64,000 bases of DNA from assembly GCA_965248755.1 (NCBI GenBank), contig OZ252149.1:2144001-2208000 (forward strand), written 5' to 3'. How positions within the stretch are numbered: the stretch's first letter is position 1; the number at the start of each line of letters is the position of its first letter. Shown piece after piece: positions 17,999-27,970 of this stretch. The position numbers were made by a program, and so were the translations under genes. The stretch is from Candidatus Latescibacterota bacterium (GTDB lineage: Bacteria; Latescibacterota; CBDEFO01). The notes beneath the pieces were generated by a model that was given only the letters and a program-made list of their open reading frames with translations, was not told where the DNA came from and ran no database searches.

Positions 17999-20017
17999 TT
18001 GTATGATACGATTCACCCTACTTCAGGATCCACCTTTTTTGAAATGATCTCAACACAAAGACAGACTCTATCCGACCCAGTAAAAGATGAGTCATCAAGT
18101 ATTACATTCAGGTCCGTTTTTATCGGAGCGCTCTTATCACTGTTTATAGGCATCGCTGTTCCCTATTCCAGTATGATCATTAAGGGGACGCGCGTTGCTC
18201 ATAATTTCAGCGCTCCTGCCGCCCTCTTTGTCTTCTTCATCTTCGTTGCGATCATCAACGTGATCTTAGGCGTCCTGAGAAGGAGCTTTGCCCTCAGCCG
18301 CCCAGAGTTAGCCACAGTCTATATTATGGCGATGATCGCAACAGCTATACCCACCGTTGGATTTTCCCAATACGTCCTGCCTATCATCATTGGCCTTTAC
18401 TATTTTGCCACACCTGAGAACGACTGGGTAAACCTTATTCATCCCAGCGTGCCAGAGTGGATAACACCCAAGGATTCGGATGCAATAAGGTATTTCTATG
18501 AGGGCCTCCCCCAAGGCCAGTCTGTGCCCTGGGACGAGTGGTTTGAGCCGATATTTTACTGGTGTCTGTTTGTTGTCACCCTCTATTTTGTGATGATATG
18601 TACGATGATAATCTTGAGGAAGCAGTGGATGGAAAAAGAGCGGTTTCTCTATCCTCTGGTTCAGGTGCCTTTGGAGATGATACAGGATGATGAGAGACAC
18701 TCCCTTATCAAACCTTTCTTTAGGAATCCGGTTATGTGGATAGGTTTTGCCATTCCCTTCTTAATAGGAAATGTCAATGCCCTTCACAACTACTTCCCTT
18801 TCATCCCGCATATTGAAATAGGCACTGGTCTGTCGCTGTTCAGGAATACTATAGGGCTCTCCTTCTATGTGAACTTACCGCTTGTCGGATTTGCGTATCT
18901 TTTAAGCCGCGACATTGCATTAGGATTCTGGCTCTTTTATCTTCTGACGACAGTACAAAGGGGCATGTTTAATATTATTGGCTTTCAGAGCACAGAGAAG
19001 TTGAGCAGGTTTGCGGAGTTGGTGGGTCCTTACCTTGCGCATCAGACGATGGGAGCTATGATAGTATTGGTGTTGTCAGGGCTATGGGTAGGCAGAGGAC
19101 ACCTTAGAGATGTGTTCAGGAAGGCCTTCAGGGGAGACCCGGATGTAGATGATTCAGGGGAGGTGCTATCTTATCGAACAGCAGTTATCGGGCTTATGAT
19201 CGGGCTTTTTCTTATGAGCATCTGGCTCTGGAAGTCGGGTTTTCCCCTCTGGATCGTGCCCATATTCCTATTTGCAGTCTTTGTTATATTTACAGCCGTA
19301 ACCAGAGCGGTGATAGAGGGAGGTGCATCGTTCATCAGGACGCCCATAATTCCCTCAGACTTCGTCGTTTCTGGATTGGGAACGAGTGTTTTGGGATCGT
19401 CCGGGCTGGTAGCTTTAGCCTTTACGTATGTTTGGAGCGCCAATATTCGCATGTTCTTTATGCCCTGTTTTGCTAATGCGCTGAAATTAGCAGAGGAGAT
19501 AAAGGGGAATAAAAGACCTCTGATATGGGCGGTGGCAGTAGCTATAGCGGTTACCTTAGCAGGGTCTATATGGGAGATTATGAATATATCTTACAAGCAT
19601 GGCGCGATCAATCTTGACAGCTTCTATTTCATTGCTGTTCCCCGAAATGCTTTTAGCTATATAGCCCCTCTTTTCGCCGGCCCTGTTGCGGCGAATATAG
19701 GAGGATGGATATTTACGGCTATAGGCGCTCTTCTGATGGGTCTTTTCACGTTTGCCAGGTATCGTTTTTTGTGGTGGCCTGTACACCCTCTGGGATTTGC
19801 CACAAGCACGTTCTATACTATGAGTGTGGCCTGGTTTCCTGTGTTTTTAGCTTGGCTATTTAAGACGATAATTCTCAAGTATGGTGGATCGCTGTTGTAT
19901 AGAAGGACGAGGCCCTTTTTCCTGGGATTGATTTTGGGGGCGGTATTTGTTGCGGGCATGTGGTTAGTAATAGACTTTTTCACAGGGATGACCGACAATG
20001 GTATCGGATATTTCTAA
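17999..20017 (+). CDS. DUF6785/DUF6784-like membrane transporter, second intact paralog
   Basis: Highly similar to 15728..17704 from ITFRSVFIG onward. Start uncertain (TTG 17999 or ATG 18044). Confidence 0.8.
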   Translation: MYDTIHPTSGSTFFEMISTQRQTLSDPVKDESSSITFRSVFIGALLSLFIGIAVPYSSMIIKGTRVAHNFSAPAALFVFFIFVAIINVILGVLRRSFALSRPELATVYIMAMIATAIPTVGFSQYVLPIIIGLYYFATPENDWVNLIHPSVPEWITPKDSDAIRYFYEGLPQGQSVPWDEWFEPIFYWCLFVVTLYFVMICTMIILRKQWMEKERFLYPLVQVPLEMIQDDERHSLIKPFFRNPVMWIGFAIPFLIGNVNALHNYFPFIPHIEIGTGLSLFRNTIGLSFYVNLPLVGFAYLLSRDIALGFWLFYLLTTVQRGMFNIIGFQSTEKLSRFAELVGPYLAHQTMGAMIVLVLSGLWVGRGHLRDVFRKAFRGDPDVDDSGEVLSYRTAVIGLMIGLFLMSIWLWKSGFPLWIVPIFLFAVFVIFTAVTRAVIEGGASFIRTPIIPSDFVVSGLGTSVLGSSGLVALAFTYVWSANIRMFFMPCFANALKLAEEIKGNKRPLIWAVAVAIAVTLAGSIWEIMNISYKHGAINLDSFYFIAVPRNAFSYIAPLFAGPVAANIGGWIFTAIGALLMGLFTFARYRFLWWPVHPLGFATSTFYTMSVAWFPVFLAWLFKTIILKYGGSLLYRRTRPFFLGLILGAVFVAGMWLVIDFFTGMTDNGIGYF

Positions 20018-20277
20018 GGGGCTGGTCCGGATACGATGGGCGGTGGGGGCGTCCTCCAAATCTACAAAGACCCTCATAGGCATAAATCTTTATCGAAACT
20101 ATGGGTCTTTAACACCAGTATGTGTCTTAAACACCGCATTGTCTGAAGCATTTAAATGCTCTACTTCGATGGAGAAGAAATTGATCTCTCACAACGCGTC
20201 TGCTACACGGCTGGATGGATTAGAAATTTTAGAGCGTCTTCCGCAGAGCTTGGCGAAGGGCATAAACGATACTCAAC

Positions 20278-20481
20278 TTAAGCCTGAACTCCCAATACGA
20301 AGCATGCCCTGTCTGGCTTGCAGTCCTCCGGGCACACAAAGTCGTTATCAGGACCGACGACCATCATTGTCTTAAGACACCAATACTGAGCCGTAGGGCT
20401 CGTCTTTGTCAAATAAAGGGGAGACCTTTCTGCCGGAACGTATGACGCCTTCGTCCTGAGATACTGACATATTTCTGGCAC
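20278..20481 (-). CDS. Small Cys-rich protein (67 aa) at the end of the molybdoenzyme operon
   Basis: AAGGAGGT RBS before GTG 20481; MPEICQYLRTK...YWCLKTMMVVGPD..VCPEDCKPDRACF. Confidence 0.65.
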   Translation of the reverse strand: MPEICQYLRTKASYVPAERSPLYLTKTSPTAQYWCLKTMMVVGPDNDFVCPEDCKPDRACFVLGVQA

Positions 20482-20504
20482 GATTGCTACCTCCTTTGGC
20501 ACTA

Positions 20505-21497
20505 TCAAGCTTTCAAAGCCGACAATATAGCCTCTCTGAGCACTGCCTTGGCCAAGTCCACCTTGTAGCCGTTTCCACGCATGGGCTCTGCGGACTCGGT
20601 GGCGGCCTCTGCCGCCTTAAGGGCAAGTGGCTCATCTATCGTCTTCCCCTTCAAGACATTCTCGGCCTCTTCGGACCTGAAGGGCCTTGCCGCCACTCCG
20701 CCGAAGACGATGCGGACATCCCGACAGACTTTCCCTTCAAGAGTAAGGACGACTGCTACGCTCACAAGAGCAAAATCCATCGAGCCCTTTTCCTGGAGCT
20801 TAAGGTAGAGGCTTCTGGTGTTCGGCTTCGGATTTGGGACTCCGATCTCGGTGAGAATCTCCCCGGGCTTAAGCACGTTCTCCCGGAATATTTCACCATC
20901 GGGCATCGTGAAGAAATCTTCCAAAGAGATTATCCTGGAACCTTGCCTCCCTTCGATCTTGGCGCTTGCCCCTAAAGCCACAAGGGCAGGAGCCATATCC
21001 GAGGGATGAACGATGTGGCATGTATAGACGTCCAGCTCCACACCTAAGATGGCGTGATACTTGTTCTCTCCCTCTATGGCGTAACAGATATCGCCTCCCT
21101 TTTTCAGACAGGGAAAGTCAGTACTGCGGTAGTACCAGCACCTGGGCCTTTGACACAGATTACCGCCTAAAGTCGCAACATTACGAATCTGCAAGGTGGC
21201 TATAGACCCGGCAGCGTTAGATAGTACGGCGAATCTGTCCTGAATTGTCGGATCAGCTTCGATCTGGCTGATGGTGGTTAAAGCTCCTATCTTAAGGCCC
21301 CCACCATCGTGCTCTATATACTTTAGACCAGCGGCCGATTTGAGATTTACGAGACGCTTCGGGCTGATGACCCGTTCCTTCATCTCACCTATAAGATCGG
21401 TTCCTCCTGCGATCAACATCGCCCCCTCCCATTCACCATCCAGCGCAGAGATAGCTTCCTTTAGATTCGACGGACTTGCATATTCGAATGGTCTCAT
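20505..21497 (-). CDS. Xanthine dehydrogenase family FAD-binding subunit (YagS/PaoB-like)
   Basis: IAGGTDL; RNVATLGGNLCQRPRCWYYR with a Cys-containing insert. Confidence 0.92.
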   Translation of the reverse strand: MRPFEYASPSNLKEAISALDGEWEGAMLIAGGTDLIGEMKERVISPKRLVNLKSAAGLKYIEHDGGGLKIGALTTISQIEADPTIQDRFAVLSNAAGSIATLQIRNVATLGGNLCQRPRCWYYRSTDFPCLKKGGDICYAIEGENKYHAILGVELDVYTCHIVHPSDMAPALVALGASAKIEGRQGSRIISLEDFFTMPDGEIFRENVLKPGEILTEIGVPNPKPNTRSLYLKLQEKGSMDFALVSVAVVLTLEGKVCRDVRIVFGGVAARPFRSEEAENVLKGKTIDEPLALKAAEAATESAEPMRGNGYKVDLAKAVLREAILSALKA

Positions 21498-21500
21498 CGT

Positions 21501-23615
21501 CTATCTCTCCTTCGCTTGGGCAAGCGCCGCAAGCACCTTATCAGGCGTGATGGGAAGCTCCCGGATGCCCACGCCGATGGCGTTGGAGACAGCGTTGGCG
21601 ATGGCTCCCGCAGTCGGGATTACGGCCGGCTCGCCCAATCCTATTACGCCCCGTTCCGGCTCGTCGAATATGATTACGTCAATATCGGGCATCTCCATCG
21701 AGCCTGCAATCTTATAAGCTTCAAGATTAGGATTGACCATAAGTCCTGTAGGACCATCCAAAATGCGATCCTCCAAAAGGGCATAGCTCAAGCCCTGAAC
21801 CACACCTCCGTTTATCTGACTCTCAGCCGCAAGGCGATTGACGACAAGGCCGAAGTCCTGGACGGCCACTACCCTTATGACCTTTACCTGTCCCGTCTCT
21901 GTATCCACCTCCACCTCAGCGAACTGAGTGCCCGCAACTCCGCTGCTTGAAAGTCCGCTCGTCCATCCCCCCTGAACTGAGATCACATCCGTTCCTAACT
22001 GCGCTGCGGCCCGCTTCCAGGAGATGCTTTGGGACGGATCGCTTTTGATATAGATATTCCCATCTGTGGCTTCTAATTCCTCAGGTTGAGCTCCCAAAAG
22101 CGGTGCAGCTATCTGAAATAGTTCCCCTTTTGCACTGGCCGCTGCAGTTTTGACTGCAGGGGCGACCGACGCTACGGTGGTGCTTCCTCCGCTTCCTCCT
22201 GAGGGGAGCTGGTAGACTGTGTCACCGATATGCACCTTGATGTCTTCGATCTGAAGCCCCAACTCCTCGGCGGCTACCGCGGCTATCACAGTCCGCGTTC
22301 CGGTGCCTAAATCCTGGCTTCCGGTGGTCACATCCGTGCTGCCGTCGGGATGGATCATCACCCTCACCTGAGTGCCAGTGCCACCGCCCCCTCCCCACGT
22401 CCCGCTGCCCATGCCGAGGCCACGCCTCTTGCGGCCCCTGTCAGAGCCGGATTTTTTGCGCCTCACCCAACCTATCTTCTCTGCTCCTACTGTATACTCC
22501 TTCTGCCTTGTCTCATTAGGGTCGTTCTTTCTCCTGAACTCCAGGGGGTCCATCTCCATCTTTTGGGCGAGCTCATCCATCACCGATTCCATACCGAAGG
22601 AGGCCTGCGGGTGTCCGGGCGCCCGCATCGCCGCAGACGGACCGGCGTTGATGAAGACGTCGGACTGCTCTACTTTGAAATTGGGCACGCTATAGATGTA
22701 TGGAGCCGGAAATCCTGCTCCTCCTCCGATCCCGCCGGTGCCGTACGACCTGAGCTGGAAAGCGGTAAGAGTACCGTCTCTTTTTGCCCCGGCCTTAATA
22801 TACTGCACCGATGAGGGACGGTTGCCCGTATACAGGAAATCCTCTTTCCGGCTGAGCATAAGCTTGACAGGAGCTCTGGACTCTTTGGCAAGTCTCACGG
22901 CTACGATGCTCCAGCTTCCTGCGCCAAGCTTGCTTCCGAAGCCGCCTCCCATGTGCTCCGTGATAACCCTTACCTTGCTGGAGGGAATCCCAAAATGGCT
23001 GGCTATTTGATTCCGGACGCCGAACACAGCCTGGGTCGACGCCCACACCGTCAACTCATCTTCGTCCCATTTTGCCACCACGCCGTGAGTCTCCAGGCAA
23101 GTATGCGTCTGAACCTGCGTTCTATAGGTCCCTTCCACGATGACGTCGGCCTCCCCAAATCCCCTGTCCAGGTCCCCCCGCTCATTGACGCGCCCCTTTC
23201 TGACGTTGCCACTTTCATAAACCTTCGCGGAATCCGGATGCATAGCCTCCTCTACGTTTACGACAAAGGGCAGTTCCTCGTATTCCACCTGGATGAGTTC
23301 CAAGGCGTCCTCAGCTACATCCTCGCTTATTGCTGCGACTGCTGCCACCTCTTCTCCCGCAAAGCGGAGCGTCCGGTCGGAAGCTAAATCGGTCAGGAGG
23401 GCCTTGACTCCGGGGTGACGCTTCGCCCTGCTTGCATCTATCCTCAGAAGGCGGGCTTGAGGGTAGGGACAGCGCAAAATCTTTCCGTAGAGCATGCCCG
23501 GAAGGCTGATGTCGTAGGTATATTTTGCACGTCCTGTCACCTTATCGGCGGCATCGACGCGCTGGAGCCTGCGGCCGATCACGCTGAGTCCTCCGTCCTT
23601 TTCCCAGCCTGCCAT
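21501..23615 (-). CDS. Xanthine dehydrogenase family molybdopterin-binding subunit (YagR/PaoC-like)
   Basis: KVTGRAKY, MGGGFGSK, AMRAPGHPQ and GLGEP motifs. Confidence 0.93.
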   Translation of the reverse strand: MAGWEKDGGLSVIGRRLQRVDAADKVTGRAKYTYDISLPGMLYGKILRCPYPQARLLRIDASRAKRHPGVKALLTDLASDRTLRFAGEEVAAVAAISEDVAEDALELIQVEYEELPFVVNVEEAMHPDSAKVYESGNVRKGRVNERGDLDRGFGEADVIVEGTYRTQVQTHTCLETHGVVAKWDEDELTVWASTQAVFGVRNQIASHFGIPSSKVRVITEHMGGGFGSKLGAGSWSIVAVRLAKESRAPVKLMLSRKEDFLYTGNRPSSVQYIKAGAKRDGTLTAFQLRSYGTGGIGGGAGFPAPYIYSVPNFKVEQSDVFINAGPSAAMRAPGHPQASFGMESVMDELAQKMEMDPLEFRRKNDPNETRQKEYTVGAEKIGWVRRKKSGSDRGRKRRGLGMGSGTWGGGGGTGTQVRVMIHPDGSTDVTTGSQDLGTGTRTVIAAVAAEELGLQIEDIKVHIGDTVYQLPSGGSGGSTTVASVAPAVKTAAASAKGELFQIAAPLLGAQPEELEATDGNIYIKSDPSQSISWKRAAAQLGTDVISVQGGWTSGLSSSGVAGTQFAEVEVDTETGQVKVIRVVAVQDFGLVVNRLAAESQINGGVVQGLSYALLEDRILDGPTGLMVNPNLEAYKIAGSMEMPDIDVIIFDEPERGVIGLGEPAVIPTAGAIANAVSNAIGVGIRELPITPDKVLAALAQAKER

Positions 23616-23618
23616 GGT

Positions 23619-24257
23619 TCAGCCCCCCTTCTGCATCTTAGCTGATGCCGCCAGCGCTGCCTCAAAGACCTTCGGATACGTTCCACATCGACACAGATTT
23701 CCAGATACCGATCTTTTTACCTCCTCCAACGTCGGATTTAGATTCTGGTCTAAAAGCGCCTTGACGGACATAATAAACCCCGGAGTGCAAAAGCCGCACA
23801 TCAGGGCGTCTTTCTCGATGAAAGCCTGCTGTACGGGGTGCAGTTGATCTCCCTTATGGAGACCTTCAACGGTTAGGATCTGTCTGTCCTGAGATTCGAT
23901 AGCAAGCATCATACAGGCATAGACTGGCATTCCATCCATCAAAACCGTGCATCCGCCGCACTCGCCGCGATCGCAGATAATCTTTGTTCCTGTGAGTCCC
24001 AGCTCGTCCCTTAAAGCGTCTGCTAAGGTAAGACGAGGCTCGGCGTTAATTGCATGCTCAACTCCGTTTACACTCAGCGTTATGGGCACTTTCTCCGGAC
24101 CCTCGATCTTGAGCCCATGGGTCTGTGCCGCGGCTCTCTCAGAGACAAAACTGCCCACAGAGACGGCTGCTGTAGTGGCAACGCTGCCCTTGAGAAACTT
24201 CCGCCTCGATATGTTCGTCAAGGATGCCGCAGATTCTTCATTGGTATGATCTTCCAC
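23619..24257 (-). CDS. (2Fe-2S) subunit with Tat signal (YagT/PaoA-like)
   Basis: SRRKFLK twin-arginine motif; CDRGECGGC, CGFCTPG and NLCRC. Confidence 0.93.
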   Translation of the reverse strand: MEDHTNEESAASLTNISRRKFLKGSVATTAAVSVGSFVSERAAAQTHGLKIEGPEKVPITLSVNGVEHAINAEPRLTLADALRDELGLTGTKIICDRGECGGCTVLMDGMPVYACMMLAIESQDRQILTVEGLHKGDQLHPVQQAFIEKDALMCGFCTPGFIMSVKALLDQNLNPTLEEVKRSVSGNLCRCGTYPKVFEAALAASAKMQKGG

Positions 24258-24799
24258 AGCTTTGATCCTCCTTTGCTTCGTGTTTCACTCATACACGGAC
24301 ACTTACTTAGAGCACATCGGATAATACACTCATCTAACCTGTAGGAATCAAGTAAAATCACGACCCGCGCGGGTTCTCCATAGAACTTTTCCAACCTCCA
24401 TCCCCACGGGGCAATACTCACAGCACGAAGCAGGATCCTGCCGCTCGGGTTGCGTAGGAGTTAAGGGTGATCTAAGAACCTATCTGTCTGCATACACGCA
24501 CAGGCAGAGAGGGCGAGATATAATCGCCCCGCAAAAGCAATTTTCACATTTAACCAACCAATTCAAAATGTCCCAGGTTCGTCTTCCAGAGGTCAACAGA
24601 AAACAGATAACATGCAGACGTACAGACACCCCTCAATTGAGCTACACTGCACAGGACACTGCCAAGACAACGACCGCCTTGGAAATAACTGGACAGTGCA
24701 AAGCGGTCATAGTCAGTGTTTTGGTTATCTTTTATCGTCATATTGTCCTGTCGGGCTACCGCCGCGCATCCTATCTCTCACTTCCCAGGTTGGCAGCGC

Positions 24800-25285
24800 C
24801 TATGGAACCAAGTCTGGCGGGACGAGACAAGCCACAGCCCACTTCTTTTCCTGCCGGACCAAGCAAACTAACCCGCCCATGTAAAAGCGGATGAGTGCGC
24901 GATCTGGATCGTTGAGGAGCAGACGACCGGCCAGCCGGTTCAAAAAGGGCAGGTGGCCGACGAGCATCACTGAGCCACTTCCCCGCTCCAGGGCTTCTGC
25001 CACCGGATGCACATCATCATTTGGAGCCAAACCCGAGACCACCTTTACGCCTTCTGCCACCTCAAGATGCCCAGCAAAGATGAAGGCTGTCTCTTCGGCA
25101 CGGCGTTTCCCGCTATGACGGATCTGGTCCACTTTCAGACCGGCACTAGCCGCCCACGCCGCTACCTGCTCCGCCGTCTCTTTTCCCCGCTCCGTAAGAG
25201 GACGCTCCGGATCTTCCTCCTCCGTCTTTGCCTCACCGTGCTGAACCAGATACAGAAACCTCTCCTTGGATCCCTTATCCTCCAT
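24800..25285 (-). CDS. sixA: Phosphohistidine phosphatase SixA
   Basis: LYLVQHGEA, RPLTERG, HSGKRRAEETA and LVGHLP motifs. Confidence 0.85.
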   Translation of the reverse strand: MEDKGSKERFLYLVQHGEAKTEEEDPERPLTERGKETAEQVAAWAASAGLKVDQIRHSGKRRAEETAFIFAGHLEVAEGVKVVSGLAPNDDVHPVAEALERGSGSVMLVGHLPFLNRLAGRLLLNDPDRALIRFYMGGLVCLVRQEKKWAVACLVPPDLVP

Positions 25286-25414
25286 TATCTTACCTCCCTC
25301 GATCTGCGATCCTTTTCATCTTTCGAAAAGAAGCTCATTTTCGTTCCATGTTGATGATCCAGTTCATCAGTGGGAAGTTATAGCTATACTGGTAGAAGGA
25401 GTATTACCAGTAGT

Positions 25415-25680
25415 ATCCCCCAATGCCGGCCAGGGCGCTCTGTAGCAGCGGTACCCCACGCCAGAACGTCGCCCGGAAGGTGTCAAGCCAGATGGTGCTC
25501 GATCCACTTTGCATCCTTTCCTAAAAGTAAAGGCTTCAGGTGATTGCGCAGTGTATCCACAACTGCCATATTCTGTCCGCCAAGCGACGCCTCGCCGATT
25601 CGATAACTCCCCTCTGATGTCTCGATCTGTACAAACACGCAGTTGCGCACCGGGAATACTTTCAGATCGGAGAATCTCCT
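25415..25680 (-). pseudogene. N-terminal remnant of a mandelate racemase/galactonate dehydratase (DgoD-like) gene
   Basis: The minus strand reads DLKVFPVRNCVFVQIETSEG..IGEASL..LKPLLLGKDAKWIEH, then after a frameshift IWLDTFRATFWRGVPLLQSALAGI, then breaks off. Confidence 0.7.
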
Positions 25681-25847
25681 GACTGTGTCGCCCCGTATAG
25701 GGGGGCTCGTTTAGGTTTTCTATTTTGCTCTATATTCTTGGGAGAGACCCCTGTATCGTATCGTTTTGAAGGCTATGGAGGGGAGAATCCCTTGCGTCTG
25801 TTGCTCCAATTTGACGGGGCGCTTCTCTAAAAAGTACGTTTCCCTTG

Positions 25848-25876
25848 TTGACATACCAAAGCCAATAGATTATTTT
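25848..25876 (+). promoter_or_regulatory. Putative sigma70 promoter of pyk
   Basis: TTGACA-N17-TATTTT. Confidence 0.45.
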
Positions 25877-25913
25877 AAGTAGAACCATACAGGGATGAGA
25901 CAAATGCCCCTGT

Positions 25914-25953
25914 CCCCGATTGAACCCCCAATAGATTCAATTGGGGGTCGGGG
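25914..25953. repeat. REP-like palindrome with a nested inverted copy
   Basis: CCCCGATTGAA[CCCCCAATAGATTCAATTGGGGG]TCGGGG. Confidence 0.7.
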
Positions 25954-26066
25954 ATCTGTCTACTATACTTGTGGTCTATAATAATAATTTCTGAAGAATT
26001 AGTCAATAGAATTTGACGCAGGAAAACCGGAAGAAGGTCATACATAAAGGATAGTCAATTCTTACT

Positions 26067-27488
26067 ATGAGAAGAGCAAAGATAATATGCACTATGGGGC
26101 CGTCCACTAGCTCACAGGACACGTTAGAGCGTATGATAGAAGAGGGGATGGATGTAGCGCGGATCAACTTGTCCCACGGAGAAAGGAACGATCACAAGGA
26201 GTCTATCCGCAAGATCAGGAGCGCCTCAAAAAGGGTTGGGAAGTACATTGCTATCCTCCAGGACCTTCAGGGCCCTAAGATCAGGGCGGGCAAGATTAGG
26301 GGAGGCCAGGCAACCCTGAAGGCAAAAGATGAATTCGTAATTACGAGCCGTCCAGTAGCTGGAACATCCAAAATCGTCTCCACAAGTTACAAAAGCATGC
26401 CAGAAGATGTCAAGACTGGCGATACAATACTTATAGACGACGGGATGATAGAGCTTAAAGTAGAGTATGTGGACGGTCAGGACATAATCTGCCAAGTAGT
26501 AAATGGCGGAATATTGAAGGATCACAAGGGGATAAATCTGCCGGGAGTTGACCTGGACATACCATCGATCACAGAGAAGGACAGGGAAGATCTCCTCTTT
26601 GGAATAGATCAGGGAGTTGACTACGTTGGCATTTCGTTCGTAAGGAGAGCCCAGGACGTATCCGACGTAAAGAAGATATTGGACGAAAGGGGTGCAGATA
26701 TCCCGGCCATAGCCAAGTTAGAAAAGCCGGAGGCTATAGAGAACCTGGACGAGATATTAGAAGTTGCAGACGGCGTGATGATAGCAAGGGGCGACCTCGG
26801 TGTGGAGATGTCGCCAGAACAGGTGCCTGTAGTGCAGAAGGAGGTTATATCTAAAGCCAACTTGTGCGGCGTTGTCGTGATCACAGCGACGCAGATGCTC
26901 GAATCTATGACTGCGAATCCCCGTCCCACAAGGGCAGAGGCTTCAGACGTGGCTAACGCCATCTTCGACGGGACGGATGCCCTTATGCTCTCGGGCGAAA
27001 CGGCGGTCGGTTCCTATCCCGTGGAGTCTCTGAAGATGATGTCCAGGATAATTGCAAAGGCAGAAGAGAGCCTCTTCGCTCAGCCTATATTTAGACGCAG
27101 ACGAAGGTCCACGGATACAGACGTAACCTTTGAAGAGGCGGTAAGCGAGGCAGCATCCATTGCGGCTGAAGAGTTAAAAGCCAGGGCTATTGTGGCTTTC
27201 ACTCAGTCCGGGTCCACTGCAAGATCGATCTCCAAAGAACGTCCGCACACCCCGATAATAGCCTTTACGCCCCACGAAAATGTGCAAAGGAGGCTCTCCC
27301 TATATTGGGGTGTGATCCCCAGGACTATGGGCGTGGCTATAGAGACTGACTCTATGGTCCAAGAAGTAGAATCGATACTCCTTAAGGACGGGTCGGTCGC
27401 ACGGGGAGACGTAATAGTTATCATCGCTGGCTCTCCTATCACGTCCCGCGGAGGAACGAACCTGCTCAGACTACACAAAGTTCAGTAG
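26067..27488 (+). CDS. pyk: Pyruvate kinase
   Basis: KIICTMGP, DLQGPKIR, MIARGDLGVE, TATQMLESM and MLSGETA motifs. Confidence 0.97.
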   Translation: MRRAKIICTMGPSTSSQDTLERMIEEGMDVARINLSHGERNDHKESIRKIRSASKRVGKYIAILQDLQGPKIRAGKIRGGQATLKAKDEFVITSRPVAGTSKIVSTSYKSMPEDVKTGDTILIDDGMIELKVEYVDGQDIICQVVNGGILKDHKGINLPGVDLDIPSITEKDREDLLFGIDQGVDYVGISFVRRAQDVSDVKKILDERGADIPAIAKLEKPEAIENLDEILEVADGVMIARGDLGVEMSPEQVPVVQKEVISKANLCGVVVITATQMLESMTANPRPTRAEASDVANAIFDGTDALMLSGETAVGSYPVESLKMMSRIIAKAEESLFAQPIFRRRRRSTDTDVTFEEAVSEAASIAAEELKARAIVAFTQSGSTARSISKERPHTPIIAFTPHENVQRRLSLYWGVIPRTMGVAIETDSMVQEVESILLKDGSVARGDVIVIIAGSPITSRGGTNLLRLHKVQ

Positions 27489-27542
27489 ACAAGATATTCT
27501 CCCGCACTGTCTACTATCTATTCTATCCAGGAGGTGTGACTT

Positions 27543-27791
27543 ATGTTGTTCCGAAGCAGTAACAAAAACAGCAAGAGAAGCAACTGTTTCTATTGTGGCT
27601 TTGTAATAGGCTCCCTGTTCGGGGCAGGAGTAAGCCTCTTTTTGGTCTCCAATAGGGCCAAAAACACGGCTTTAAGGGCAAAGGAAACTGTTGCCGGCTT
27701 AAAAGATAGGCTGATAAAGCGCACGCCCCCAAAGGCCGAAGTCGAATCAAGCGAAGGAGGCAACGGAAAGACAGAGGGTAAAGGGGGATAA
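27543..27791 (+). CDS. YtxH-like small membrane protein
   Basis: AGGAGG RBS; GFVIGSLFGAGVSLFL segment followed by a charged tail. Confidence 0.65.
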   Translation: MLFRSSNKNSKRSNCFYCGFVIGSLFGAGVSLFLVSNRAKNTALRAKETVAGLKDRLIKRTPPKAEVESSEGGNGKTEGKGG

Positions 27792-27890
27792 AGCAAAAAA
27801 ATAGATGGAAATTCCCTCAATATTGCTTATATTTTGATTGTGGAGGATATCTGAATAGACAGCAGTGGGAAAGAAAGAATGCGCTGTCTA

Positions 27891-27930
27891 CCCCCGATTG
27901 AACCTATCGGAGACTATTGGGGATCGGGGG
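27891..27930. repeat. REP-like palindrome (compound copy)
   Basis: CCCCCGATTGAACCTATCGGAGA...GATCGGGGG. Confidence 0.65.
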
Positions 27931-27970
27931 CTGCTTGCTAACGGATCTGAACGGCGTAAAAGAGGCATAA

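Noticed and set aside
17830..18010. Possible PIN-gene remnant on the minus strand (LPDLPDRVITAVA)
   Set aside because: The match is too short and interrupted to support.
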